From: an uncultured Eubacteriales bacterium
GTDB lineage: Bacteria > Bacillota > Clostridia > UBA1381 > UMGS1253
Direction of reading: 5' to 3'
Assembly: GCA_902492065.1 (NCBI GenBank)
Contig: CABUKE010000001.1
Location: 257,347-321,346, forward strand
Length of the DNA: 64,000 nt
Shown here: positions 1 to 9,276 of the stretch, one piece after another
Numbering within the stretch: the first letter of the stretch is position 1
Layout: each line of letters opens with the position of its first letter
Translations under genes and position numbers: made by a program
Notes under the pieces: generated by a model
The model's input: the letters and a program-made list of their open reading frames with translations, nothing else
Database searches by the model: none
Told to the model about the DNA's origin: nothing

Positions 1-2380
1 TCCGGTCACTGATGTTGAACGCCGGATACACCGCAATCGAGTCGCCGGAGTGGATGCCCGCGCGCTCAATGTGCTCCATGATACCCGGGATAAGGATATC
101 CTCGCCGTCACAGATTGCATCGACCTCCAGCTCCGTTCCCATCAGGTATTTGTCGATCAGCACCGGGTTGGTGATGTTCTGCTCCAAAATAATGCCCATG
201 TATTCGACGATATCCTCGTCGTTAAAGGCGATAATCATATTCTGGCCGCCCAGCACGTACGACGGACGCATGAGCACAGGGTAGCCAATCTTGTTCGCAA
301 CCTCGAGCGCCTCCTCGCACGTCATGACCGTGAAGCCCTGTGGACGCTTGATTTGCAGCTCCTCGAGCAGCTCGTCGAACCGCTCACGGTCCTCCGCCAT
401 GTCAATGCTGTCTGCCGATGTACCGAGAATATTGACGCCCTGTTCGCTCAAGAAGTTGGTCAGCTTAATCGCCGTCTGCCCACCGAACGCCACTACAACG
501 CCGTACGGCTGTTCCGTGTGGATAATCTGCATGACGTCTTCTTTGGTGAGCGGCTCAAAGTAGAGCCGGTCCGCCGTGTCAAAGTCTGTCGAAACGGTCT
601 CCGGGTTGTTGTTGACGATGACAACCTCGTAGCCCGCCTCTTTGAGCGCCCAGACGCAGTGTACCGACGCATAGTCGAACTCAATTCCCTGCCCAATGCG
701 GATTGGGCCGGAACCAAATACGATAATCGTCTTTTTGCCGCTGTGCCGCTCGGCGATAAACTCCGCCGCCTCGTTTTCTTCGTCCCAAGTCGAGTAGAAG
801 TACGGCGTCTGCGCCGCAAATTCCGCCGCACAGGTGTCAACCATTTTATATGCCGCAACAAGCGGCGTTTCAATCTTCTGGCCGGACAGCCTTGTAATCA
901 CGCTGTCCAGAAAGCCGGTGTTTTTCGCTTCTACATAGAGCTCGTGCGTCAGCGTTTCTGTACGCAGGCGCTTCTCGACCTCTGCGATGTTTAACAGCTT
1001 GTATAAGAACCATTTATCAATTTTGGTGATGTCAAAAATGTGCTCACAGCTTACGCCGCGGCGCAGCGCCTCGTAGACCATGAACAGCCGCTCGTCGTTG
1101 CAGTCGTGCAGTGCAGCCTCGAGCTCGTCGTCCGTCAGTTCCATAGCTTTCGGCATGTTCATGCAGTCGAGCGATATCTCCGCGCCACGCACGGACTTCA
1201 TAATCGCCTCTTCAAAGGTCGGCGCAATGGACATAACCTCGCCCGTCGCCTTCATCTGGGTGCCGAGCGAGCGCTTTGCGTAAACAAATTTATCGAACGG
1301 CCACTTCGGGAACTTGACTACCACATAGTCGAGCGCAGGCTCGAAGCAGGCGTACGTCTTGCCTGTGACCGCGTTTTTGATTTCGTCGAGCGTATAGCCC
1401 ACCGCAATCTTCGCCGCCACCTTTGCAATCGGGTAGCCCGACGCCTTGGATGCGAGCGCGGATGAACGCGATACGCGCGGGTTTACCTCAATAACCGCGT
1501 ACTCAAAGCTGTCCGGATGGAGCGCAAACTGGCAGTTGCAGCCGCCCTCGATTTGCAGCTCGGACACGATACTGAGCGCCGCGCTGCGCAGCATCTGGTA
1601 CTCCTTGTCCGACAGTGTAACAGCAGGCGCGATTACAATGGAGTCGCCCGTATGTACGCCCACCGGGTCAAAGTTTTCCATGCTGCACACGGTGATGACG
1701 TTGCCCGCTCTGTCGCGGATGCACTCAAACTCAATCTCTTTCCAGCCGGAGATACATTTTTCCACCAATACCTGATGAATCGGCGAAAGCTCTAATCCGC
1801 CGTGCGTAATCTCGCGCAGTTCTTCTTCGTTATTGACAATGCCGCCGCCGCTGCCGCCGAGCGTAAACGCCGGACGGATAATGAGCGGATAACCGACCTC
1901 GCCGGCAAACTCGACCGCGCTTTCTACATCGGTCACGACGAGAGAGGGGATAACCGGCTGACCAATCGCGAGCATAGTATCCTTAAACATCTGGCGGTCC
2001 TCCGCCTTATCGATGGTGTCGACCCTTGCACCGAGCAGCTTCACGCCGTGCTTTTTCAAAAAGCCCTCTTTTTCAAGCTGCATCGAAAGTGTCAGCCCCG
2101 TCTGTCCGCCGAGCGTGGAGAGCAGGCTGTCCGGCTTTTCTTTCTCAATAATGCGCTTTACCGTCGTAAGCGTAAGCGGCTCAATGTAAATCTTGTCCGC
2201 CATAGCGTTGTCCGTCATGATGGTTGCCGGGTTGGAGTTGACGAGCACGACCTCGAGTCCATCCTCCTTGAGCGCGCGGCACGCCTGTGTACCCGCGTAG
2301 TCAAACTCCGCAGCCTGTCCGATTACAATTGGGCCGGAGCCAATTACCATTACTTTTTTGATATCTTCTCTCAGCGGCAT
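1..2380 (-). CDS. carB: carbamoyl-phosphate synthase large subunit (5' ~793 codons; runs off the window start)
   Basis: Reverse-strand reading from the ATG at 2380 gives [57 protein letters not shown], the canonical CarB N-terminus. The start abuts the carA stop (2381-2383). There is no stop before position 1, so it is missing from the ORF track. Confidence 0.93.
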   Translation of the reverse strand, partial: MPLREDIKKVMVIGSGPIVIGQAAEFDYAGTQACRALKEDGLEVVLVNSNPATIMTDNAMADKIYIEPLTLTTVKRIIEKEKPDSLLSTLGGQTGLTLSMQLEKEGFLKKHGVKLLGARVDTIDKAEDRQMFKDTMLAIGQPVIPSLVVTDVESAVEFAGEVGYPLIIRPAFTLGGSGGGIVNNEEELREITHGGLELSPIHQVLVEKCISGWKEIEFECIRDRAGNVITVCSMENFDPVGVHTGDSIVIAPAVTLSDKEYQMLRSAALSIVSELQIEGGCNCQFALHPDSFEYAVIEVNPRVSRSSALASKASGYPIAKVAAKIAVGYTLDEIKNAVTGKTYACFEPALDYVVVKFPKWPFDKFVYAKRSLGTQMKATGEVMSIAPTFEEAIMKSVRGAEISLDCMNMPKAMELTDDELEAALHDCNDERLFMVYEALRRGVSCEHIFDITKIDKWFLYKLLNIAEVEKRLRTETLTHELYVEAKNTGFLDSVITRLSGQKIETPLVAAYKMVDTCAAEFAAQTPYFYSTWDEENEAAEFIAERHSGKKTIIVFGSGPIRIGQGIEFDYASVHCVWALKEAGYEVVIVNNNPETVSTDFDTADRLYFEPLTKEDVMQIIHTEQPYGVVVAFGGQTAIKLTNFLSEQGVNILGTSADSIDMAEDRERFDELLEELQIKRPQGFTVMTCEEALEVANKIGYPVLMRPSYVLGGQNMIIAFNDEDIVEYMGIILEQNITNPVLIDKYLMGTELEVDAICDGEDILIPGIMEHIERAGIHSGDSIAVYPAFNISDR

Positions 2381-3463
2381 TTACTTCCCCTCCTTATCTA
2401 TGAGCTCCATAAAGTCGTCAAACAAAAATTCTGTGTCGAGCGGGCCGCCCGCCGCCTCCGGGTGGAACTGTACCGAAAAGGCCGGCATGTCTGTGTAGAC
2501 AATTCCCTCGTTTGTGCCGTCGTTTCCGTTCCTGAAACTCTCTCGCGCATTGGACGGAAGCGTGTCGGACTTGAGCGCATAGCCGTGGTTCTGGCTCGTA
2601 ATGTATACACGTCCGGTTGCCGTATCTACAGCCGGCTGGTTCTCCCCGCGGTGGCCGTACTTGAGCTTCTCCGAGCCTGCCCCCTGCGACAGCGCCAAAA
2701 GCTGGTGCCCAAGGCAGATTCCAAACGTCGGTATCTTATGCTGCATGACCTTTTTGATTTCTTCTACGATTGGCAGGTTTGCTGCCGGGTCTCCAGGACC
2801 GTTGGACAGCATCAATCCGTCGGGCGCAAGCTCCAAAATCCGCTCTGCGCTCGTTTGTGCCGGTACGCGTACAACCTCGCAGCCGCGCTTTACCAGCTCA
2901 CGTACGATTGCTTCCTTTGCACCAAAGTCCCACATAACAACCCGGCGTTTTTTCTCCTCCGGCGTATAGGTACTCTCGTCCTCGCACGTCACATGCGGCA
3001 CCGCGTCAACAATCTGAAAGTTTTTCAGCTCCGTGAGCAGCTCGTCCGTAACAGCCGGGCCGGACGCGATCTTCGCGTTCATCACGCCGTGCTCGCGTAC
3101 AATTTTCGTCAGCGCGCGTGTGTCAATGCCGTACAGGCCGATAATCTTGTGCTCCTTTAAAAAAGTGTCAAGCAAGCCCTCACAGCGAAAGTTGGAAGGA
3201 TGCTGACACCATTGGCGGACAATATATGCGGTTAAATGCGGCTTTTTACTTTCAAAATCGGAAGGAATCACGCCATAGTTCCCAATCAAAGGAAACGTCT
3301 GCGTTACGATTTGTCCGTAAAAGCTCGGATCGGTCAATGTCTCGAGATAGCCGGTCATCGAAGTCGTAAAAACAACCTCGCCAATCGTCTCGCCCGCGTA
3401 TCCAAAGCTCTTGCCCGCGAAAACGGTGCCGTTTTCCAGAATCAAATAAGCGCTATCTTGCAT
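2381..3463 (-). CDS. carA: carbamoyl-phosphate synthase small (glutamine amidotransferase) subunit
   Basis: MQDSAYLILENGTVFAGKSFGYAGETIGEVVFTTSMTGYLETLTDPSFYGQIV... matches CarA, and a class I GATase Cys (ICLGHQLL) is present. I chose the ATG at 3463, preceded by AGGAGG at 3472-3477, over the TTG-initiated track start at 3487. Confidence 0.93.
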   Translation of the reverse strand: MQDSAYLILENGTVFAGKSFGYAGETIGEVVFTTSMTGYLETLTDPSFYGQIVTQTFPLIGNYGVIPSDFESKKPHLTAYIVRQWCQHPSNFRCEGLLDTFLKEHKIIGLYGIDTRALTKIVREHGVMNAKIASGPAVTDELLTELKNFQIVDAVPHVTCEDESTYTPEEKKRRVVMWDFGAKEAIVRELVKRGCEVVRVPAQTSAERILELAPDGLMLSNGPGDPAANLPIVEEIKKVMQHKIPTFGICLGHQLLALSQGAGSEKLKYGHRGENQPAVDTATGRVYITSQNHGYALKSDTLPSNARESFRNGNDGTNEGIVYTDMPAFSVQFHPEAAGGPLDTEFLFDDFMELIDKEGK

Positions 3464-3543
3464 GTGTGGCACTCCTCCTACAATCAAATTTTTATATTTT
3501 TCTCAATATTTAATAATACACTATTTTCAGACAAAATGCAAGC

Positions 3544-4113
3544 CTAAGATTCATAAGTTTTCAAAATTCCCTGTGCGACCTCCATCTTTGTCATACGCAT
3601 GTCCATGGCCTGCTTCTCGATATAGCGGTGCGCCTGCTGTTCCGTCATATTCAGGTATTGAATCAGCGCGCATTTAGCCCGGTCGACAAGACGGATTTCC
3701 TCAATTTTTGTTTGCAACTGGACGTTTTCCTTCCGCAGGCCGAGCAGCCTGCGGCGCGCCGTCACGGTCAGCCGCACTGCCTGGAAAAAGAATGCGCGGT
3801 TGACTGGTTTTGGCATGACAAAAACGCCGCTTTCCTCCACACGGCTGGACACTTCATCCGCGGCCTCCCCCTTTACAAGAAGCATAACGCTGGCATTTGC
3901 CTTCCGGCTGAGCGTTATGGCAAGGTCGTGCCCAAACTCGTCGGGGAGGGGGGCGTTGATAAATATGTAATCGAAATCCGTTTCATTGACAATTCGCCTT
4001 GACTCGCTTCCGCTTGCAACAGTTGTAACTGGCCCAAGATCGAGTGAAGACAAAAGCGAGGTCAACAGTTTGGCCGCTTTTTCCGACCCGGCAACGACAA
4101 GTACATGCTCCAT
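3544..4113 (-). CDS. ANTAR-domain RNA-binding antiterminator with an atypical receiver (NitR/AmiR-like)
   Basis: The C-terminus EEIRLVDRAKCALIQYLNMTEQQAHRYIEKQAMDMRMTKMEVAQGIL is an ANTAR domain. The N-terminus is receiver-like but lacks the DD pair and has N at the acceptor position (YIFINAPLPD). An RBS (AAGGGGGAAG) precedes the ATG. The gene lies 33 nt downstream of glnA. Confidence 0.85.
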   Translation of the reverse strand: MEHVLVVAGSEKAAKLLTSLLSSLDLGPVTTVASGSESRRIVNETDFDYIFINAPLPDEFGHDLAITLSRKANASVMLLVKGEAADEVSSRVEESGVFVMPKPVNRAFFFQAVRLTVTARRRLLGLRKENVQLQTKIEEIRLVDRAKCALIQYLNMTEQQAHRYIEKQAMDMRMTKMEVAQGILKTYES

Positions 4114-4146
4114 GAGGTGCTTCCCCCTTTCAACCGTTTTGAAACG

Positions 4147-5448
4147 CTATATCCGGTGAAAATAAAGGGCGTGCTCTGCCTTCTGCCGGTCTGTACCTGC
4201 TATCCGGGCAATCTCGCTTTGTTTTTGGGCAATATATGTTTTTAGCAGCAGTTCCGGGACGTGTGCAGAGACAAAAGCGCTGTCTTGTGCCAAGACGAGC
4301 GCTTCGTCCAAACGCTCCGGCAATATAGCTAAGGAAGTATCCTGCTCGCACAGGTTCCGGTCTGTTTCCGGCTGGAGCGGCATCTTTTGCTCAATTCCGT
4401 CGAGCCCGGCGTGCATAATAAGCGCCAGTGACAGATATGGGTTGCAAGCTGGGTCGGGCGAGCGCAGCTCGATCCGCTGCTGGTCGCCGGAGGCCGCAGG
4501 AATCCGGATAAGCTGGAAGCGGTTCTGGTGCGACCAGGTTACATACTGGGGCGCCTTGTTCCCGCCAAGCCGCAGATACGAGTTGGTCAGCGGGTTCAAA
4601 AATGCGGTGATTTCACAAATGCGCGCCAATATCCCAGCAGTAAAGCTGTCCGCCTCCGCCGTGTATTCGGCGTCCTTATCAAAAATATTACGTCCGCCGC
4701 ACAGCAGGGAGAGATTTATGTGCAGGCCGTTTCCACTGTGACTGGCGAGCGGCTTCGGCATAAAGGAAGCGTACAGGCCGTTTCCGGCGGCAGCCGTTTT
4801 GACTACGGTTTTAAAAGTAATCAGGTTATCCGCCGCCTCCAGTGCACCGCTGAAACGAAAGTCAATCTCGTTTTGTCCGGGACCCTGTTCGTGGTGCGAC
4901 GTTTCCGGCGCAATGCCCATTTCCTCAAGTGTGAGGCAGATTTCCCGCCGGATATTTTCTCCCTTGTCAGCAGGGGCAACGTCCATGTATCCGCCGATGT
5001 CGTGCGGCGTTTTGGTTGGCTCTCCGTTTTCATTTTGTTTGAACAGATAAAATTCGCACTCCGTTCCGACCTGGCATGTATAGCCCATACGTTCCGCACG
5101 TTCTACCGCGCCGCGCAAGATATGGCGGCAGTCGCCCTCGAACACGCTCCCGTCCGGATAGCGGATGTCGCAGTAGAGACGCGCAACCCGTCCCTGCGCG
5201 GGGCGCCAGGGCAGCACGGACAGGGTGGAAGGGTCGGGAAAGAGAAACAAATCCGAATGCGTAAGACTTTGAAACCCGCGGATTGCGCTTCCATCAAACG
5301 GGATTCCGGACGCAAATGCGTCTTCGAGCTTTTCCGGGAGGATGGATATATTTTTCTGCGTGCCAAAGATGTCGCAGAAGGCGAGCCGGATGAACTTCAC
5401 GTCGTTCTCCGCCACAAACTGCAACACTTCGGAAGCTTTGTATTTCAT
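4147..5448 (-). CDS. glnA: glutamine synthetase, type I
   Basis: MKYKASEVLQFVAENDVKFIRLAFCDIFGTQKNISI...GTECEFYLF...HHEQGPGQNEIDF...RIELRSPD are GSI signatures. The track ORF (to 5670) has a 74-codon extension with no homology. The ATG at 5448 is preceded by GGAAAGG. Confidence 0.9.
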   Translation of the reverse strand: MKYKASEVLQFVAENDVKFIRLAFCDIFGTQKNISILPEKLEDAFASGIPFDGSAIRGFQSLTHSDLFLFPDPSTLSVLPWRPAQGRVARLYCDIRYPDGSVFEGDCRHILRGAVERAERMGYTCQVGTECEFYLFKQNENGEPTKTPHDIGGYMDVAPADKGENIRREICLTLEEMGIAPETSHHEQGPGQNEIDFRFSGALEAADNLITFKTVVKTAAAGNGLYASFMPKPLASHSGNGLHINLSLLCGGRNIFDKDAEYTAEADSFTAGILARICEITAFLNPLTNSYLRLGGNKAPQYVTWSHQNRFQLIRIPAASGDQQRIELRSPDPACNPYLSLALIMHAGLDGIEQKMPLQPETDRNLCEQDTSLAILPERLDEALVLAQDSAFVSAHVPELLLKTYIAQKQSEIARIAGTDRQKAEHALYFHRI

Positions 5449-5496
5449 ACTGTCACCGTAACCTTTCCGCCGGAGCGCCGGCACTGCTTGCCTGTT

Positions 5497-5525
5497 TCTC
5501 AAAAGGGCAGAGGCTGGCTCTGCCC
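5497..5525 (-). terminator. terminator-like hairpin in the gltB3-glnA spacer (candidate attenuator)
   Basis: The minus-strand RNA reads GGGCAGAG-CCAGC-CUCUGCCC followed by UUUUGAG. An upstream GGCAG could compete for the CUGCC 3' arm. Confidence 0.45.
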
Positions 5526-5564
5526 GCTCAATGCTGTATCCTGCCGTTTCTATTGTACCATGTC

Positions 5565-6287
5565 TTAATTGTGTGTGTAAAGCTGCCGGTACGGATTTTT
5601 GGTGTTTGGCCGCAGAACATAAAAGGGATGCGGCAAAATTGCGGAGATATCCACGCCAAATTCTTTGCAAAATGTTTCAATATAGGGCCGGATTGCCGCC
5701 ATATCCCCCGATGTGGCGGGCGAAACCGACACCTGCGCGGGCAAATTGTCTGGTGCTTCTTTGCAGCGCAGATAGATTGCGCCGCCGTGCATACCCGTTC
5801 CGCAGAAAGGACCGATAGGGACGCTGCCGCCGCACCCAAGCCCTAAGACGATAATAACGCCGCCGGCCTGGTACTCGCCCAAAAAGCTTCCGGCTCTGCC
5901 GCCAACCACAAGAACAGGAAGTTTATCCTGATACGCTTTCATGTGGATGCCGGCGCGGTAGCCCACGTCGCCGCGTACATAGATGCTGCCGCCGCGCATG
6001 GCGTAGCCGGTTGCGTCGCCGCAGTTGCCGTTTATGAGGATGCGTCCCGCGTTCATGGTGTCGCCCGTCGCCTCCTGTGCGTTGCCGTTCACGATGATTT
6101 CTGCCCCGTTCAGGTAGGCACCGAGCGCGTTTCCGGGCGTGCCGTTTATGACGATTTTCTTACCGGCAAGTCCGTCTGCTATATACCGCTGTCCGACGCA
6201 TTGATCAATTACAATTTCTTTGTCCGGAGCGCGCCGAACAGCGTCGTTGAGCGTTTTAAAATGCATGTCATTTGCAGTAATGTTCAT
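5565..6287 (-). CDS. glutamate synthase GXGXG (alpha-subunit C-terminal, domain 3-like) protein
   Basis: Repeated beta-helix GXGXG motifs are present (INGTPGNALGAYLNGAEIIVNGNAQEATGDTMNAGRILINGNCGDATGYAMRGGSIYVRGDVGYRAG). An RBS (GAAGGAGTG) precedes the ATG at 6287. Confidence 0.8.
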   Translation of the reverse strand: MNITANDMHFKTLNDAVRRAPDKEIVIDQCVGQRYIADGLAGKKIVINGTPGNALGAYLNGAEIIVNGNAQEATGDTMNAGRILINGNCGDATGYAMRGGSIYVRGDVGYRAGIHMKAYQDKLPVLVVGGRAGSFLGEYQAGGVIIVLGLGCGGSVPIGPFCGTGMHGGAIYLRCKEAPDNLPAQVSVSPATSGDMAAIRPYIETFCKEFGVDISAILPHPFYVLRPNTKNPYRQLYTHN

Positions 6288-6342
6288 TGTACTTCACTCC
6301 TTCAAAAAAGGATGTTTCGTCCGCACGGATTACGACATAGCC

Positions 6343-7617
6343 TTACGGCATAGTAATATATGCCTCCCGCTCTGCGCCGACGGAAACATAGCGGATTGGG
6401 CAGCGAACTGCCTGTTCAATGTAGTGGATGTAGTCGAGCGCCTCTTTGGGTAAATTTTCCGCTTTGCGGCAGGTGCTGATGTCACACATCCAGCCTGGAA
6501 GCGTTTCAAACACCGGCTTTGCAATGTCGAGCGCGTGGCCTGTCGGGAACCGGTCGGTGACCGTGCCGTTGACCTCATATCCTGTGCAAACACGGATTTG
6601 CTTTAAAGACGAAAGGATGTCGAGCTTCGTCAAGGCGAGGCAGTCCGCCCCCTGTACGCGCACGCCGTAGCGCGACGCCACAACGTCAAACGGGCCGACA
6701 CGCCGCGGCCTACCAGTTGCAGCGCCGTATTCGCCGCCAGCTCGGCGAAGCTCCTCTGCCTCGTCGCCGAACAGCTCCGCCGTAAACGCCCCCTCGCCCA
6801 CGCAGGACGAGTACGCCTTCATGATTCCGACGGTTGTATCGAGCTTCCGGCCCGGTATCCCCGCGCCAATGGGCGCATAGGCCGCGATGGTCGAGGACGA
6901 GGACGTGTAAGGGTAAATGCCGAAATCAATGTCGCGCAATGCGCCGAGCTGCGCCTCGAACATGATCCGCTTGCCGTCTTCCGCCGCCTGCTCGAGATAT
7001 TCGCCCACGTCGCAGATATAGGGCTTGAGTATGTCGCCGTATTTTTTGAGCCAGGAAGCCATCTCCTCGTACTTGATTGGCTCTGCGCCGTACCCACCGG
7101 CAACGGTAAGGTTTTTCCACTCAACCACGCCCTTTAGATGCTCGAGCATCGGCTCCGGGTCGAGCAGGTCGCCCATGCGGATTCCTTTTTTCATATATTT
7201 ATCGGAATAGACCGGGGCGATCCCGCGCCGGGTCGAGCCGAACTTCGCGTCGCCGAGGCGGTCTTCCTCCAATCCGTCGAGCTGTACATGGTAAGGCATA
7301 CAGATAATCGCCTTGTCGCTGATTTTCAGGTTGTCAGGCGTTACCTTGACCCCTGCGGCGGTAAGACGCTCGATCTCTCCGCACAGGTGGGCAATATCGA
7401 TTACCATGCCATTGCCCATGACGTTGACGATTTCCTCGCGCAATATTCCGGAGGGGAGCAGGTTCAAAATAAACTTGCCCAGGTGGTTGATGACCGTGTG
7501 GCCGGCATTGTTGCCGCCCTGATAGCGTACGACGATGTCCTGCTCCTGCGCAAGCAGGTCGACCATGCGGCCCTTTCCCTCGTCACCCCAGTTAATTCCT
7601 ACAATTGCTGTTAACAT
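6343..7617 (-). CDS. purA: adenylosuccinate synthetase
   Basis: MLTAIVGINWGDEGKGRMVDLLAQEQDIVVRYQGGNNAGHTVI... shows a full-length PurA signature (GDEGKG P-loop, GGNNAGHT). Confidence 0.93.
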   Translation of the reverse strand: MLTAIVGINWGDEGKGRMVDLLAQEQDIVVRYQGGNNAGHTVINHLGKFILNLLPSGILREEIVNVMGNGMVIDIAHLCGEIERLTAAGVKVTPDNLKISDKAIICMPYHVQLDGLEEDRLGDAKFGSTRRGIAPVYSDKYMKKGIRMGDLLDPEPMLEHLKGVVEWKNLTVAGGYGAEPIKYEEMASWLKKYGDILKPYICDVGEYLEQAAEDGKRIMFEAQLGALRDIDFGIYPYTSSSSTIAAYAPIGAGIPGRKLDTTVGIMKAYSSCVGEGAFTAELFGDEAEELRRAGGEYGAATGRPRRVGPFDVVASRYGVRVQGADCLALTKLDILSSLKQIRVCTGYEVNGTVTDRFPTGHALDIAKPVFETLPGWMCDISTCRKAENLPKEALDYIHYIEQAVRCPIRYVSVGAEREAYITMP

Positions 7618-7770
7618 AGCACATTACTCCATTCCGCCGCCGATGGTCGCGGCATACGATTTTTCTTTTGACACGCCCTCCATCCGGGGCGCAAAGCAGA
7701 AAGTAAATATATAGACGGCCGTACGCGGCCGAAATATGCCCGGCGGCGACGGAAGTTTTTCCTCTTTGGA

Positions 7771-9276
7771 TTATTCGCCTGCGTGGAGGATACCAAGTAT
7801 ATCAAGCTCCTTCTGCGTCAGGCCAACTCCGCGCAGCATCAGCCGGTTACCGCGCAGCGCCTCAATGGAGTTAATCCCCATGCCGCCCATCATCTCGCGG
7901 ATTTCGTGGTCCCATGCGCGTACCAGATTGACAAGCCGCTCTGCCCCCACATCCGGGTCGAGCCGCGCCACCAGGTCAGGCCGCTGGGTCGCAATGCCCC
8001 AGTTGCATTTGCCGGCGTGGCAGCTCCGGCACAGATGGCAGCCGAGCGCCAGCAGGGCCGCGGTCGCAATATAGACGGCGTCCGCGCCGAGCGCAATGGC
8101 TTTTACGACATCCGCGCTGCTGCGGATGGAGCCGCCGCACAGGATGGAAACATTCCCACGGATGCCCTCGTCGCGCAGACGCTGGTCGACGCTCGCAAGC
8201 GCAAGCTCAATCGGGATGCCGACGTTGTCGCGAATCCGCGTCGGCGCAGCACCCGTCCCACCACGGTAGCCGTCGATTGCGATGATGTCCGCTCCGCTCC
8301 GCGCAATGCCGCTCGCAATCGCCGCGATGTTGTGGACGGCGGCAACCTTTACAATGATTGGCTTTGTATAGTTCGTTGCTTCCTTTAAAGAATAGACGAG
8401 CTGGAGTAAATCCTCGATGGAATAGATGTCGTGGTGCGGCGCAGGGGAAATCGCGTCCGAGCCCTCCGGTATCATACGGGTACGCGACACGTCCCCGACG
8501 ATTTTTGCGCCGGGTAAATGTCCGCCAATGCCGGGCTTTGCGCCCTGGCCCATTTTGATTTCAATCGCCGCACCCGCTGTCAGATACGCTTCATGGACGC
8601 CGAACCGGCCAGAGGCTACCTGGACAATTGTGTTTGCACCATAGGGGTAAAAATCTTCGTGGAGGCCGCCCTCGCCCGTGTTGTAGCAGATGCCAAGCTC
8701 CTGCGCCGCGCGGGCAAGGCTCGCATGCGCATTGTAGCTGATTGAGCCGTACGACATGGCCGAGAACAGCACCGGCACCGCAAGCTCGAGCTGCGGAGAG
8801 AGATTGTTTATCAGCTTCCCGTCTGTGCCGCGTTCGATTCGGTCCGGCTTTTTGCCGAGAAAGGTTCTGGTCTCCATTGGCTCGCGGAGCGGGTCAATGG
8901 AAGGATTCGTCACCTGCGACGCGTTGATTAGAATTTTATCCCAGTAAACAGGGAGCGGCTTCGGCGTACCCATGGACGAGAGCAATACGCCGCCGCTCTC
9001 CGCCTGCCGGTAGATTTCCGTAATGACCTGCCCGCTCCAGTTTGAATTGTCGCGGAAGGCGTGATCTGTTTTTACGATTTTCAGTGCGCGCGCCGGACAT
9101 ACGGCTACACAGCGGTGACAGTTGACGCACTTGCTCTCGTCGGCTACCATTTTGCCGCTTGCTTCGTCATAGCGGTGTACCTCGTTGGCGCACTGCTTCT
9201 CGCAGAGGCGGCAGTTGATACAGCGGTCGAAATTGCGAACGACCTCATAGGGCGGGTAAAAATAATCCAATGCCAT
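7771..9276 (-). CDS. glutamate synthase FMN-binding (domain 2-like) subunit with an N-terminal 2x[4Fe-4S] ferredoxin domain
   Basis: MALDYFYPPYEVVRNFDRCINCRLCEKQC...CVNCHRCVAVCP gives two CxxCxxCxxxC motifs. These are followed by the GltB FMN-domain core (...GQGAKPGIGGHLPG...GGTGAAP...). Its ATG overlaps the upstream stop (TAATG at 9274-9278). The track extension to 9684 overlaps the upstream gene. Confidence 0.85.
   Translation of the reverse strand: MALDYFYPPYEVVRNFDRCINCRLCEKQCANEVHRYDEASGKMVADESKCVNCHRCVAVCPARALKIVKTDHAFRDNSNWSGQVITEIYRQAESGGVLLSSMGTPKPLPVYWDKILINASQVTNPSIDPLREPMETRTFLGKKPDRIERGTDGKLINNLSPQLELAVPVLFSAMSYGSISYNAHASLARAAQELGICYNTGEGGLHEDFYPYGANTIVQVASGRFGVHEAYLTAGAAIEIKMGQGAKPGIGGHLPGAKIVGDVSRTRMIPEGSDAISPAPHHDIYSIEDLLQLVYSLKEATNYTKPIIVKVAAVHNIAAIASGIARSGADIIAIDGYRGGTGAAPTRIRDNVGIPIELALASVDQRLRDEGIRGNVSILCGGSIRSSADVVKAIALGADAVYIATAALLALGCHLCRSCHAGKCNWGIATQRPDLVARLDPDVGAERLVNLVRAWDHEIREMMGGMGINSIEALRGNRLMLRGVGLTQKELDILGILHAGE

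Noticed and set aside
1802-3160. A 452-aa plus-strand ORF. The ORFs at 50-994, 1040-1465 and 1517-1795 are the same kind.
   Set aside because: They lie antisense to the unmistakable carB/carA coding sequence. The products are Arg/Leu/Val-rich low-complexity with no recognisable motifs or RBS. This is typical of open antisense frames in GC-rich genes.
4528-5568. A 346-aa plus-strand ORF opposite glnA.
   Set aside because: It is antisense to a full-length GSI with all signatures. It has no motif or RBS support.
5449-5670. A 74-codon N-terminal extension of the glnA track ORF (start at 5670).
   Set aside because: The extension has no GS homology. It runs through the terminator-like hairpin and overlaps the upstream gene's end. 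The ATG at 5448 gives the canonical MKYK...FIRL start with an SD.
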